Shown: positions 1 to 12,729, counted from the first letter of the stretch. The stretch is 64,000 nucleotides of DNA from Eledone cirrhosa (GCA_964016885.1 OZ024745.1:15314001-15378000), one strand, 5' to 3'. Notes: a model not told the origin generated them from the sequence alone. Made by a program: numbers and translations.

Positions 1-1
1 C

Positions 2-127
2 ACCCTAATTTTCCTCATTTACAAATTCATAGACAACGCTACTTTCATCCATCGTACCAATAAGGAAACGTATTTCATTAACAAATTCCAACCCCTACTT
101 AATGCACTAAACTTCGGACTAAACTAA
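2..127 (+). pseudogene. C-terminal end of a Penelope-like GIY-YIG endonuclease (element continues off the window start)
   Basis: Frame 2 reads ...IHRTNKETYFINKFQPLLNALNFGLN*, matching the R-x-x-x-E-x-x-x-I...P-x-LN terminal motif of PLE endonucleases. It is followed by an AT-rich pLTR-like tail with an HHR-like motif (555-585) ending at a (TA)/(TG)n tract near 785. Confidence 0.6.
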
Positions 128-783
128 AACTGGAACGATCAATCAAACATTTATAAATACCTATGTCTTTCTAAAGAGTTACCTCCCTCACACCCTACCT
201 AATCCTTTTTCTTAAATAAATTAAATATCATCCAGCATGAAATACTTCCCCTTGCAAATTAACTCTCTAAAAAGGGAAATCATATCAACCCCAGTCCACC
301 ATTTACGTCCATCATGGATCAACTAAGCACTCTTGCTATATTAACACATTTTGATCTGCTTATCTTCAAGAACTATGCCTGTATATAACATTATTTTTTC
401 TTGCACATTGACTTATTATGCTCCACATTACGCTCCTTTTTTTCTTTTTTCTTTTCACTTTATAAACCTTGTTCGTAAATAACATTATTCTTTCTGCACC
501 ATGTCTTTAACATGTCCAACACCACCATTCTACACCAATACATATTTTTATCATTTGATAATGCAAAAAAGCTGAAACCGGTAATAGACAATTATTAAAT
601 ATATAAATAAATAAATAAATGCCATTGTTAATTAATAAATAAATCAATTAATACCTTAAAACTTCACACAAAGTAAAATATTTCGTTTTAATCATTTTCT
701 AACCCAGAAAAAAGAGAGAAATAAATAAAAAGGGAAAAAAATATATTTTTCTTCCTAATAATCGTCTTTTTCTACCTGTTTTC

Positions 784-867
<84 letters not shown>

Positions 868-871
<4 letters not shown>

Positions 872-953
872 TTACATTCTATAATCCCAAGTATCAAGTA
901 CCCTGATGAATTAGGGGCTTACTTGTTTAAATTGGTATAATTCTGATCCCTCT

Positions 954-1034
<81 letters not shown>

Positions 1035-1127
1035 GAGAGAGAGAGAGATCAGAATTATACCAATTTAAACAAGTAAGCCCCTAATTCATCAGGGTACTTG
1101 ATACTTGGGATTATAGAATGTAAATAT
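868..1127. repeat. Inverted repeat with ~80-bp arms around a (CT)n(TA)n(GA)n microsatellite
   Basis: 871-948 (TTTACATTCTATAATCCCAAG...TTCTGATC) is the exact reverse complement of 1047-1124. Confidence 0.9.
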
Positions 1128-1272
1128 TTGCCAGGGAATGGTTGGAAAAGTTAATATCTCTAAACAGTCTTCGTACACCCCGACGTAACTCGATGATGAA
1201 ACATGTGTTAGAATGTAGAATTAAATAAACTTTTCTAATCACACATTTTCTGTTTTTTCTAACATATTAACT

Positions 1273-1304
<32 letters not shown>

Positions 1305-2444
1305 AGTGTGTGCGTGTGTGTGAGTGCGCGCATATGGGTGTGCCTATGTGTTTGTGTGTGTGTGTATAAGACGTCTATAATCTCAGTATACAACAGAAAC
1401 ATAAGAATTATATCCACCACGTTTACGATATTTCACTCTCAACTATACCCAAACACTATCCTCTGTGTCACTTCTTCCATAGACACCTTGTCCATTGAGC
1501 TATAAATAGATACACTGTAAGCACAGAAGTCACTGTAAAATCATTCATATATTATCTGATAATTTTAAGATGAATTTGTTAGTGAGTGAGATGAATTATT
1601 CAATCTATTATTCTAATTATCAAAGATCAATTTATTGATTCGGTCATATTTCATCGTCTTAGTAAAACCATCCTTTTACATCGGGTCACACTATCATTCC
1701 TTTTACCAAACCCGCTCTAATTATTTGTACCTATATTTTAGATTTTGTTCTTAGTAATGTTACCATATCGTCTTTATTCCTTTATGTAAACGTTTCGAAG
1801 AAAATTATTCGTAACTACTACCATAACACAATATGAAATACACAAAACTTCAAACAGATATTCAGAAATTCTGGAATATTTATTAATAATGAAACAAAGG
1901 ACACACTATACAATCGGAATATTTGAAATGATACATCAACCCTCTCATAAATAAATTAGCACCTGGGAAATTAGATTATACAAAAATATGTGAACGCTGT
2001 CAACCTATAACACACGTCCATAGAAATATCTGCAACGAAGACGAATCGATATCAAAAGTTTTAGTGAGATTTGTTTCAACTTTTCTTACCATTGCAAGTT
2101 AACCCCGATAACTGTACGATAAATTTCACGGAATATCTAAAATCAAATTAAAGATAATTCCAGTTGCGTTATATTTACATTCGAAGTTTAAGAATATTAT
2201 TACAAAATTATGTCACCAATTCCTTGCTCTATCAGTGATTTGAATTAGGTGACAATGTGAAATATTTCTAGTTAATAATTCAGAAAAGTAGTGTTATGTC
2301 AAGCAGTTGCACATATTTCAAATTACTCTGTCAGTTTCTATCAAATGCTGGCTATTTGATGTGTTACTCTAATATTTTCTTCTGTAATTCACTAAAAACC
2401 TAAACTATGTGCTGAAAAGCCGGTGTAAGTTTTTTTTTTAAACG

Positions 2445-2710
2445 ATCGACAAAATCGCAGACCTCACTCGCTTACGAAGTGGGGTGCAACTCGTCAGATC
2501 GGACCAAGGAGTAAATGTTTCCATTGTTTTTTTTTTGTTTTTGTTTTTTTGTTTTCATTGCTGATATTATCTACCGGTTGCAACGCTTAGCAGAAGCAGC
2601 AATGTGAAATAAATGTCTTGTTCAAGGACATAATGCATCCCTCGTTCCGATAACTCGCAACCACACACACGATTACCAATCGAATTCTCTAACCAGTAAG
2701 CCAGACACCA
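2445..2710 (-). mobile_element. Degraded tRNA-derived SINE (family B)
   Basis: Similar along its length to 59100-59336 (CGGACCAAGGA, TTGCTGATA, GTCTTG(T/C)TCAAGGACATAATGCAT). Confidence 0.6.
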
Positions 2711-2863
2711 AAACAATTTTGTTTGATAGGTCAATTCTGTACAGAATTCATTCTAACTTGACATTTCTACAACTAATTTAGTCTCCCTGACAAAAGCGCT
2801 TTTACTTTGACTATTTAATAGTCCAAATGTTAGTTTGAAATCGTATGATGAATTGTCTATAAT

Positions 2864-3060
2864 TTAATCCTTTAGCATTTGCATTACTCTATATTTACTA
2901 TGCTTATCTCACATCATATCGAATCTATGAGATTTTGATATTATTTATTTTGAGAACAATAACTTAACATCAGTATGAGAGGCCGGTTACAGCCGGTTTG
3001 AACAGAAATAGATGAGAGAATTCTGGTCGGATACGGCCGGTTTAAATTCTAAAGCGTTAA
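2864..3060. mobile_element. piggyBac-like MITE
   Basis: Terminal inverted repeats TTAATCCTTTAGCATTT ... AAATTCTAAAGCGTTAA, bounded by TTAA; ~200 bp and non-coding. Confidence 0.6.
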
Positions 3061-4115
3061 AGTCTTCTAGATATTCTAGTGTTTCCGAATCCCTTTGATT
3101 GATACAATACTCTCTAACACTACCAGATCTGTTTGCGTACAAATAATTTACTTTTGTGCAGATGCATTCTGTGTCATTGCTTGTACGTACTAGTTAATGT
3201 TGTTATTGCCTAACCCCAGGTGAAGCCAGGTCAAGTTGGCAGAAGGACACACTTCACAAAGATTTAGATGTTATTTCTAATTAGTCAAGGGACTCCTGAC
3301 TCTTTGGCTCACAATTACTGTAGCGTCTGAATCGTAATAGATTGTGTGTATGTTATTCCAGATTCTCTGTGGCTTTTCAGTGCCTATATCAGATAGAGCA
3401 TCAATATCATCATCACCACCACCACCACCACCACCACCACCTTCTTCTTCTTCTTCTTCTTCTTCTTTACCCACATATTCCTGGGAGGGTCGAGGGAGGC
3501 AGACTCCCTAAGCACACCTTTCAGTGGGTCCTGTCAGACGCAACCGTTTCAGATTGGTCCGGTTGGATCCTCAATGTGAGACCAGCCGAGCTCATGGATG
3601 TTATGTCTTACAGTTTATGAATCCACTCACCTAACTAGCAATATTACCTTGTCGTATAATTGATATAGTAATGTGGAATATACAACTAAGTGATATATTT
3701 CATGAAACCAGTATTATCTGTTGGAAGATATCAATTCAGTCCTAAAATATCCTAATAATACAGATTACTAAACTTTGATTAATAGTGGCTCCAATATGGA
3801 GAGCAATGTTTTTACTTTGCCAACATTTCAAATGTCATTATTAATAGACTTTATCATTCACCGATGTTCAGTCGACCAACAAATCTCTTACGAACACTAC
3901 ACTTAAGTTTTTCTTTCAACTGAAAGCCAAATATGTTTTAACAGTGATTTCCCTTGGTGCCAATGCCTACCAAATTGCCATACATTAACACAGACAAACA
4001 ATTACGAACATAAAGATAGTAAAATGCACTTCACTGATTTGTTCATCCTTCCCCCCCCCCCCCACTCTCTCTCTCTCTTCCACTCCACCTCTCTCTCTCT
4101 CTCTCTTCCACTCCA

Positions 4116-4161
<46 letters not shown>

Positions 4162-4513
4162 ACTCCCTCTTTGTCTCTGCCTCTCTATCTCTAAGTGCTT
4201 TTATCTACTCAAAATCGATATAATTTGGCATTTTGGCTTCTCTTGTCAAAACAGGAGAAACAGTTTGAGTTTCACTGCTTTATTTTCAAAATCAGTAATG
4301 ACAATTCTGTTTCGTGTGATAGCATATCTATATATTTTATATTTGTCGAAACAAAACACGCTTCAAACAACTGTCGATGCTTGCTTCCTCATTTATTGTC
4401 ATTTCGATTCTCTAATCAAAAGAATTCATTGTAGAAATAGCGGCCATTTTGTTCGTATTAAAACATAGTTTATGTATGTATGGTGTATGAATGTATGTAT
4501 CTATCTATGTATG

Positions 4514-4542
<29 letters not shown>

Positions 4543-4544
<2 letters not shown>

Positions 4545-5071
4545 GACTGTATATGAGGGAAAAGTTGCCTTTGAGGCATCTCGAATCGCATACGAGAAAG
4601 TAAAGCGGGATGTGAGGAAGGGCATTGCTGTTGCACTTCCAGACGGCGAGGGTCCTCCTATGGTACTGACATGCAGCGTATGTGCGAGACTATGCCTAAG
4701 CAAAGCTGGACTCGAAAGTCATCTTCGCAGTCATAAAGTAAGACCAGTGGTTGACTACCAGGCTGCTGTTGGAGATGCTACTCATCATGCTTGCCAAGCA
4801 TGTGGTAGAGAATCTAAATCAGCAGGAGGGCTCAAGCGACATGCAAAAGTACACGAACTCCAACCACAGCCGACTATTCCCAGTAAATGTTTTGGTTGCC
4901 GACTCTGTGCAAGACATTTTAGATCATTGGCTGGGCTAAAAAGCCACATTCGATCGCAGCGCTGTTAGTTGCTATCGTGTGTGTGTGTGTAGATATGCTT
5001 ATGTGTGTGCGTGTGTGTGTATATATATATGTATATGTATATTATTATTGTTGTTGTCGTTATTATTATTG

Positions 5072-5108
<37 letters not shown>

Positions 5109-5163
5109 ATGTGTGTGTGTGTATATGTGTTTGTGAGTATGTGTGAGTGTGTGTGTATATATG

Positions 5164-5223
<60 letters not shown>

Positions 5224-5317
5224 TAAATTTTTTTTTTTTTATTTATTATTATTATTATTTTTTTTTTTTTTCTCCTCGTGCAATGGCCATACTCGATAAC
5301 GAGGGGGCAGCCATCAT
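4543..5317 (+). mobile_element. RTE-clade LINE 3' fragment (copy A) with three C2H2-type fingers and 3' UTR
   Basis: Near-identical to the 3' parts of 5522-6592 and 28804-30421 (the latter carries RT). Reading frame ends at 4968 (...SHIRSQRC*). Terminus GGCCATACTCGATAACGAGGGGGCAGCCATCAT; flanked by (TATG)n. Confidence 0.9.
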
Positions 5318-5521
5318 GTATGTATGTATGTATGTATGTATGGGTTCATGCATGATTTTATGTATGTATGTATGGATGGATGGACGGATGGATTCATGCA
5401 TGATTTTATGTACGCAAGCATGTATGTATGTATCTATGTATGGAAGGATGTATGTATGTATGGAAGGATGTATGTATGTATGTATGTATGTATGTATGTA
5501 TGTATGTATGTATGTATGTAT

Positions 5522-6447
5522 GTGTCTCAGACGGATCCATGGCGTTCACTGGAGGGCCCACAACAGTGATGTCGAGATTTTGGAAAGCTCTATGTGTGAC
5601 AGCATAGAAACTCTTGTGCTTAACAACGACTCCGTTGGAGTGGTCACCTTGCCAGGATGAAGGATTCTAGAATACCAAAGCAACTCTTTTATGGAGAGTT
5701 GGTTAAAGGAAAACGACCGCCACATAAACCAAAAAAGAGGTATAAGGATTCCTTGAAAGCCTCTTTGAAAGACGCTAACATCTCTGCTGATACATGGGAA
5801 AATATTGCTGCTGATCGTAATAAATGGAGAAAGACTGTATATGAGGGAAAGGTTGCCTTTGAGGCATCTCGAATCGCATACGAGAAAGTAAAGCGGGATG
5901 TGAGGAAGGGCATTGCTGTTGCACTTCCAGACGGCGAGGGTCCTCCTATGGTGCTGACATGCAGCATCTGTGCGAGACTCTGCCTAAGCAAAGCTGGACT
6001 CGAAAGTCATCTTCGCAGTCATAAATTAAGACCAGTGGTTGACTACCAGGCTGCTGTTGGAGATGCTACTCATCATGCTTGCCAAACATGTGGTAGAGAA
6101 TATAAATCAGCAGGAGGGCTCAAGCGACATGCAAAAGTACACGAACTCCAACCACAGCCGACTATTCCCAGTGAATGTTTTGGTTGCCAACTCTGTGCAA
6201 GACATTTTAGATCATTGGCTGGGCTAAAAAGCCACATTCGATCGCAGCGCTGTTAGTTGCTATCGTGTGTGTGTGTGTGTGTGTGTATAGATATGCTTAT
6301 GTGTGTGCATGTGTGTGTATATATATATGTATATGTATATTATTATTGTTGTTGTTGTCGTTATTATTATTGTTGTTATTATTATTATTATTATTATTAA
6401 TGTATATGTGTGTGTATATATATATATATGTGTGTATATATGTATAT

Positions 6448-6493
<46 letters not shown>

Positions 6494-6592
6494 TTTTTTT
6501 ATTTTTATTTTATTTTTTATTTATTTATTAATTTTTTTTTTCTCCTCGTGCAATGGCCATACTCGATAACGAGGGGGCAGCCATCATCATCA
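5522..6592 (+). mobile_element. RTE-clade LINE 3' fragment (copy B)
   Basis: ORF 5657-6256 MKDSRIPKQLFYGEL..GKR...KPKKRYKDSLK...WE..A.DR..WR is the typical RTE/BovB ORF2 C-terminus, followed by three zinc fingers. Same 3' terminus as copy A. Confidence 0.92.
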
Positions 6593-6659
6593 TGTATGCA
6601 TGTATTGAAGGATGTATGTATGTATGTATGTATGTATGTATGTATGTATGTATGTATGA

Positions 6660-6990
6660 TGGTATCCAATGATGTTGACTTGTTCTTCTTTTTGGTACAT
6701 ATCATCTTGGTTAAGAGAGTGGGACTGGCTTTGTGCAGTGCCTTTGCTCACTATAAAAGCTTCACGGCACAGACATTGCTTTATATCTGGAGATCTCTCT
6801 GCTCTTGTCGTCACATGGTACCATGGGCCCAGCACTATGTCAATAATTGTCACAAGTGTAGTGTTTGTACCAGAGTTTTCAAGTCGCTGGCTGGACTAAA
6901 AAGTCACACTCGTTCAGCGCATCCGTAGGGGTTCTCCTACATGGATATAAAGTAGTGGCCGTACTCGAAAACGAGTTGGCAGCCACCATG
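6660..6990 (+). mobile_element. 3' end of a second RTE subfamily
   Basis: Encodes CSVCTRVFKSLAGLKSHTRSAHP* and ends in the related terminus GGCCGTACTCGAAAACGAGTTGGCAGCCACCAT, then (TATG)n. Confidence 0.7.
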
Positions 6991-7428
6991 TATGTATGTA
7001 TGTATGTATGTATGTATGTATGTATGTATGGAAGGATGTATGTATGTATGTATGGAAGGATGCATGTATGTATGTATGTATGTATGTATGGAAGGATGTA
7101 TGTATGTATGTATGGAAGGATGTATGTATGTATGTATGTATGTATGTATGTATGTATGGAAGGATGTATTTATGTATGTATGGAAGGATGTATGTATGTA
7201 TGTATAAATGTATGTATGTATGGAAGGATGGATGTATGTATGGAAGGATGTATGTATGTATATATGTATGGAAGGATGGATGTATGGATGTATATATGTA
7301 TGTATGTATGGAAGGATGTATGCATGGAAGGATGTATGTATGGAAGGATGTATGTATGTATGGAAGGATGGATGTATGTATGTATGGAAGGATGTATGTA
7401 TGTATGGAAGGATGGATGCATGTATGTA
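6989..7428. repeat. (TATG)n microsatellite with interspersed GGAAGGATG units
   Basis: Direct reading. Confidence 0.95.
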
Positions 7429-7845
7429 ACTATGTGACGACTATATTTCAAATTTCAAATTTCAAATTTTCTCAATGATTCTTTAGTCAACCTATTGTTT
7501 ACACGACTAGGCACAGGTTTAAAATCTTAAATTACGGACTGGTTGGCCAGCAGCTTTTTAGGGGGTAGTTAACACACTCGTCCAACATCAGAAAGGTGCC
7601 CCTGTCAACGTTTTCCGTTTCTAGGAGTATTTTACCCGGTTTTCGCAACTATTATGCATAATGATCGACTACATTTTAATTATATATATATAAAGAAAGC
7701 ATCAGACTGTTTCTTTTGAATGAAACATTACTAGTCTTGTAGAAGCCATTTCCATATTAAACATGATGTTTACACTCTACTAATGTATTGAGAACTTTGC
7801 TAACTGTGGTTACCTCCGAGTGAACCCGGGACTCATATATTATAT

Positions 7846-9490
7846 ATGCTGGACCGACTCCTGAGCTATACCGTCGTTATATTGACGACTGTATCGGTGC
7901 CACCTCGCTATCACGAGAACAGCTCGACTGTCATATCTTTCCATCCTGCTCTCAATTTCACTGCCTCCGTCTCCGATACTTCTGTCGCTTTTCTAGATAT
8001 CTCTCTATCTATTAATCACTCTCACCACACCCTCTCTACTTCCATCTTCATTAAACCAACAGACTCCCATCCAACCCATACTAAACACTCCATACTCTAT
8101 TCCCAATTACTCCATCTTCGTCGACTCTGTAGCCAGGACGACGATTTCGAAACCCATTCCCTTCGCACGGCTTCTTGCTTCATCCAGCGTGGATATCCCC
8201 CCAACCTGATTTAAGTTGCTCTCCCCCGCGCTCGTGAAACAAACCGCACCACAGCCCTCTCACCTCACCATTCCTTTCCCTCTCCCCTACCACCTCATTA
8301 CCCTACCACTCCGGTGACATATCCTCCGTTCCTTCCGCATCCTCTTTTCTGACCCCGTCACTTCTCGCTTTTTTCCAAACCCACCCATTACTGCTTTTAA
8401 GCGCGCCCGCAACCTCCGCGACCTCCTGGTTCGCAGTTCTTTCCGTCCTCTCCCACGACTCCACCCGGCTCTCATCCTTGTTCCCGTTCCTGCTGCAACA
8501 CTTGTCCCTTCATTTCCACCCTCACCACTCTTCCAGGCCCTAACGGGTCTTTCCATATCCGCCAGACTCTTTCACCGGCACCTCCACCCACGTCGTCTAT
8601 GCCCTCCGGTGTTCCCTTTTCGGGTCTTTATACATCGGAAAAAACGGGACGCCGTATGGCGGACCGTTTTGCTGAGCATTTGAGGGACATACGACTCGGT
8701 TTGGATACTCCCGTCGCCCGTCATTTCTGTTCTCCTGGTCATTCTTCCCTACATGTTTCAGTCCTGGATGTCCTTTTACATCATGGATCACAGGCCTCGC
8801 GTACCAGGACTGAACAAAGTCTGATTCACCGTCTTGGGTCCTATTCCCCTCTTGGACTCAACTCACCTCCCCAATTCCTCTAATACCCCGTCCATTATCA
8901 CACCCCTAGATTCCTATCGCTTTCTCTTGATCATTAACATCTTCTCTTACAACTAATACATGCCGACTATATCTGCTCACTCCACTTTTCCCTTCACTGC
9001 TCTGTATACACACATACACACCCTTATATTAACATACTTTTGCTTATAGATTTGTACTTACATGCACACACACTCTTTTACTCACATATACACATACATT
9101 TCTTCTTAGCTTCGTACGGACGTATAACACCCCCCGCCCCCACACACACACACACTCACACACACACACACAAGTATAGCTCTTTTTACAAAACGTTTTT
9201 TTTTTCCATTTCAGGTAGACGCGTTCCATCATCCACTTTTCTAAAATAGTAAATCATACACAAAACGCCAGCACCAACAGTTTTGCAAGAGATGTCAACA
9301 TGAATGGACCTGTTATTTTTTATCTATAGACATTTTTTTCCAATTCCAACCTGCCCGTCCCCTCAATCTATCTTATTCCTTATTCTGATGAAGAACTAGC
9401 GTCCGAAACGTTAAGACCCTCTTCCTGCTAATATATCCCTTCCATATACTGTACCAATTATGTTGTTATTTCTGTTTACCTTTTACATAC
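7846..9490 (+). mobile_element. 5'-truncated, frameshifted Penelope-like element (Neptune-type): RT C-terminus, Cys linker, GIY-YIG and pLTR
   Basis: GPTPELYRRYIDDC (YIDD at ~7878), FLDISL, KPTDSH, RGYP, linker CSRSCCNTCP (~8478), HVVYALRC...LYIG, RFAEHLRDI, EQSLIHRLGS..PLGLN* (8883). HHR at 9381; both ends abut (TA)n. Confidence 0.9.
9381..9416 (+). ncRNA. Minimal type I hammerhead ribozyme in PLE pLTR
   Basis: CTGATGA-AGAA CTAGCG TCC-GAAA-CG-TT-AAGA with palindromic stem III (AACGTT). One stem II mismatch relative to the copies at 18407 and 39885. Confidence 0.75.
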
Positions 9491-9684
9491 ATATATATAG
9501 CGAAACGGCCGGAGCTCTACCATCGGAGTCTTGACTTTTCCTATATATATATATAGTAATAATAATAAAATTGAAGACTAAAATCCAAAGAGGGCTCGAT
9601 AAGGATAAATATATATCAAATATATAAGAACCGTAGAGCAAATATTTATTAAAATATTTCTGCGTTTACAGATTGACTTTGTTA

Positions 9685-9734
9685 GTTTCAGAAGATCCCG
9701 TTAAGGGTGAAAGCAGCGATTCTTTGCTTAAACT
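9685..9734 (+). ncRNA. Hammerhead-like motif with CAGAAGA core
   Basis: AGTTT-CAGAAGA-T-CCC GTTAA GGG-T-GAAA-GCA gcgattctt TGC-TT-AAACT; all three stems pair. Second copy at 50461. Confidence 0.65.
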
Positions 9735-9840
9735 TTAATCTGTTATTTTAATAAATAAATAAATATATATGTGTGTATGTGTGTGCGTGTGTGCGTGTGT
9801 GCGTGTGCGCGCGCGTGTGTGTGTGTGTGTGTGGGTGTGT

Positions 9841-9914
<74 letters not shown>

Positions 9915-10894
9915 GTGTGTGTGCGTGTGCGTGTGTGTGCGTGTGTGAATGTAAGTATGTGTACGTGGATAAATAATAGAGATATGGAAGAGATGCCTGC
10001 TGAAGCTGCAATCAATGTGTATGCAAAAGTAATTTTGCGGTCTTTGATGTAGCTTTTGTCGGATAAGAAAGTTTTCATTTAGCTTAGAAAACTACCCTTC
10101 TACCATATTTAGAATTGAATTATGTTTAACTAATGAAAGACTTGTAAGATATTAGAACTTCCTTGGAGATAAAATATTCGGTTCGTTCAAAGCATATATT
10201 TATTAAATATAACATAGACGTCATACTATCAACTGAGATTTAACAAGACCAAAGCCTAGTCAGTAGTAGTTAATATTATAGTTTCATTAGGTATTAGCCA
10301 TAAAAGCCATTAACTGTTAATCGATCAAAGAACAATGATTAGTTCCAATCCAAACATATAAAAAAGATGTTTTGCATTTTAACCATATCTGAGATTTGAT
10401 GTCACCTGTACAGCTACCTTCTGCCACTGATCCACAAACGACTTCATCTATTTCTCTCTAAACACATATTTCTCATTCACTAATTCCAGCCATATCTTTA
10501 ATCCACGCTGCATAAGATTGAACACATTTTGTTTTAAATTCAAATATAAAAAAACACTTAACTTTTAACTGTACAAACAAAATACTTCGGCGATATTGGT
10601 ATAGTTATTGCCTCCATCTCTCTCTCTCCCCCATCTCTCAGTATTGTAAGCAATGGGACCCCACGTTCTGGCCGCCCCGCTGTTCTGGCGATAAGAATAG
10701 TGAAGGCTTTTCCCCGAAAGATGGTGAGTGAGATGCGTTGGAAGAGCCATTCCAGCTCGCGAGGCTCACACCTATGAAATTAACTAATGTTTTTGTTAGG
10801 GTAGCTAATACCAATAGGCAAGAGAAAAAACTATCTCTAAAACTGTATATTAAGAAGTATTAAATTAATTGTATAAATTATGAAAATAATATGG

Positions 10895-11046
10895 CGTTGA
10901 TAAATTTGTTTTGCAAGGTTTTTGTTATGAAATCGTGTGTTGAAACAAATATTGTTATGTTTGGGGAGGGTCATGTTGTTATAATATTGCCAGAAATATA
11001 TCGTAAAATACTCTCACTGTTGGGCTTGGGTTGGTTTTCGCTTCAG
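10895..11046 (-). repeat. Solo PLE pLTR 3' tail (same family as 36290-36425)
   Basis: GAAATCGTGTGTTGAAAC..ATATTGTTAT.TTTGGGGAGGGTCAT...GGTTGGTTTTCGCTTC is the reverse complement of the end of the PLE at 34628-36432. Confidence 0.75.
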
Positions 11047-11154
11047 TATATTTTATATTTCTATAATTAATTCAACTGGCAACCAATGTTTACCATTGAT
11101 TGACCAACAGTTAAAAATATAGATATAAATATAGTTTATCAAATTATTTACATT

Positions 11155-11670
11155 CTGGGTTCACTTTGCTTTTCATCCTTACGGGGTTGATAAAATAAAG
11201 CATCGATTTAATCAACTTTTCCCTCCCATTCAATTGCTGGCCTTGAGTTTAAAACAGAACACGTTATAGGGCGTTTGTTTGGCAATATCGGCAGAGCTTT
11301 GCGATATAGAGTTACGGCCCGTTACGTTCTCAGTTCAAATCTCGGCGAGATCAGCTTTATCTTTCATCCTTACGGGGTCGATAAAATAAAGTACCAGTAA
11401 TGTACTGGGTTGATGTAATTGACTCTCTCCTTCCCCCAAATTGTTGGCCTTGGCCCTAAATCAGAAACCATTATTATTATTATAGAGCGGCAAAATCGGT
11501 AGAGCATCGGACAACATGCTTTACACCATAGAGTTACGGCTCTTTACCTTATGAGTTCTAATCCCACCAATGTTAGCTTTGCCTTTCATCCTTACGGGGT
11601 CGATAAAATAAAGTACCAGTAATGCTCTGGGTAATTTCTGGCCTTGTGCCAAACGTATAAACAATTATTA
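11155..11670 (+). mobile_element. Three tandem copies or fragments of SINE family A
   Basis: Repeated core (G)AGTTCAAAT..CG..GAG...CTTTGCCTTTCATCCTTACGGGGTCGATAAAATAAAGTACCAGT with a B-box-like GTTCAAAT and tail GCTGGCCTTG..CC.AAA..AGAAAC. Confidence 0.85.
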
Positions 11671-12729
11671 TTATTACACAAACATGTATGAATATGTATG
11701 CGTGTGTATGTGCGTATGTATAGTGTATATATGTACATGTGTGTTTGTGCATTCATGTTTAGTGTTAGATGTTAAAAATAGAACACCTGCAAAAATTGCA
11801 GGTGTTCCATTCTTCTATCTTTTCACAAGAAATAAAAATATTGCTGTAGGAATTCGAGTTTTTTGTTATAATTGGTTACATTGGTTGCCATGACCACACT
11901 ATTCTTATTTACACATTTAAAATATTTACATTTTATTTCTATTTCTTTCATTCTTGTTCTCTACTTTCCCCTCAGTATTTTCAATACTTCAATTTTTAAC
12001 ATTTGTGAGAAACCTGTTTTATTCGAGTATTTTTCTTATTTTTACAATTTTCCATAATTATTTTGTATATAGTTTAGTTGTCTATAATTTGTATATATGG
12101 GTCTTAAGAAAATAAAGGGGAAAATTATATTATATAATATAATACTTGTAAAACTGCATAAATAAAATTAAAATAATTCTTAAAATTTAATTTTCAATCT
12201 GAAATATTTTTTATCAAATTTATAAGAGATGTACTGTTATTGGGGAGGGAGGGAGTTTGACATAATATCTTTTCTTAAAATGGTCAGTAGTCCGAAAGCT
12301 TTTGAAAAGTTCTGGTGTGGTCTTTACATATTCGATTACAAAACAATTACATTTGTCAGTTAAAAGAATGACGACATCTTAGAAACATCCAACGGAATTA
12401 TTAAGTTCAATTTTTTGGTTGGATGAAGGGCGGTGTGGGGTCAGCTGCAGATGATTTGAAGGATGCAATTGTGATACACAATCTCAAAGATAAAACTCAG
12501 CAGGAGTCCTAGAAATGTATCTTAAAACTATGTAAAGAAAGATTTCTGGTGCCTTTGGCTCTAGGAACACCTGCCTATTCACCACCATTGGCACTGAGTT
12601 GGCTACTACAGGTGTGAGCCTCACCAGCTGGAATGGCTCTTCCAACGCGTCTCCCTCACCATCTTCCGAGGAAACCCTTTCTCTATTCTGTTCAACGGGG
12701 TGGCCAGCACAAGGCCAGCAAAACCCAGA

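Noticed and set aside
899-930. CTGATGA at 903 as a hammerhead core
   Set aside because: No stem II/GAAA/stem III follows at a suitable distance.
4480-4968. Stand-alone C2H2 zinc-finger host gene
   Set aside because: The same sequence is the C-terminus of the RTE ORF2 linked to RT at 28804-30421, and the N-terminus is microsatellite.
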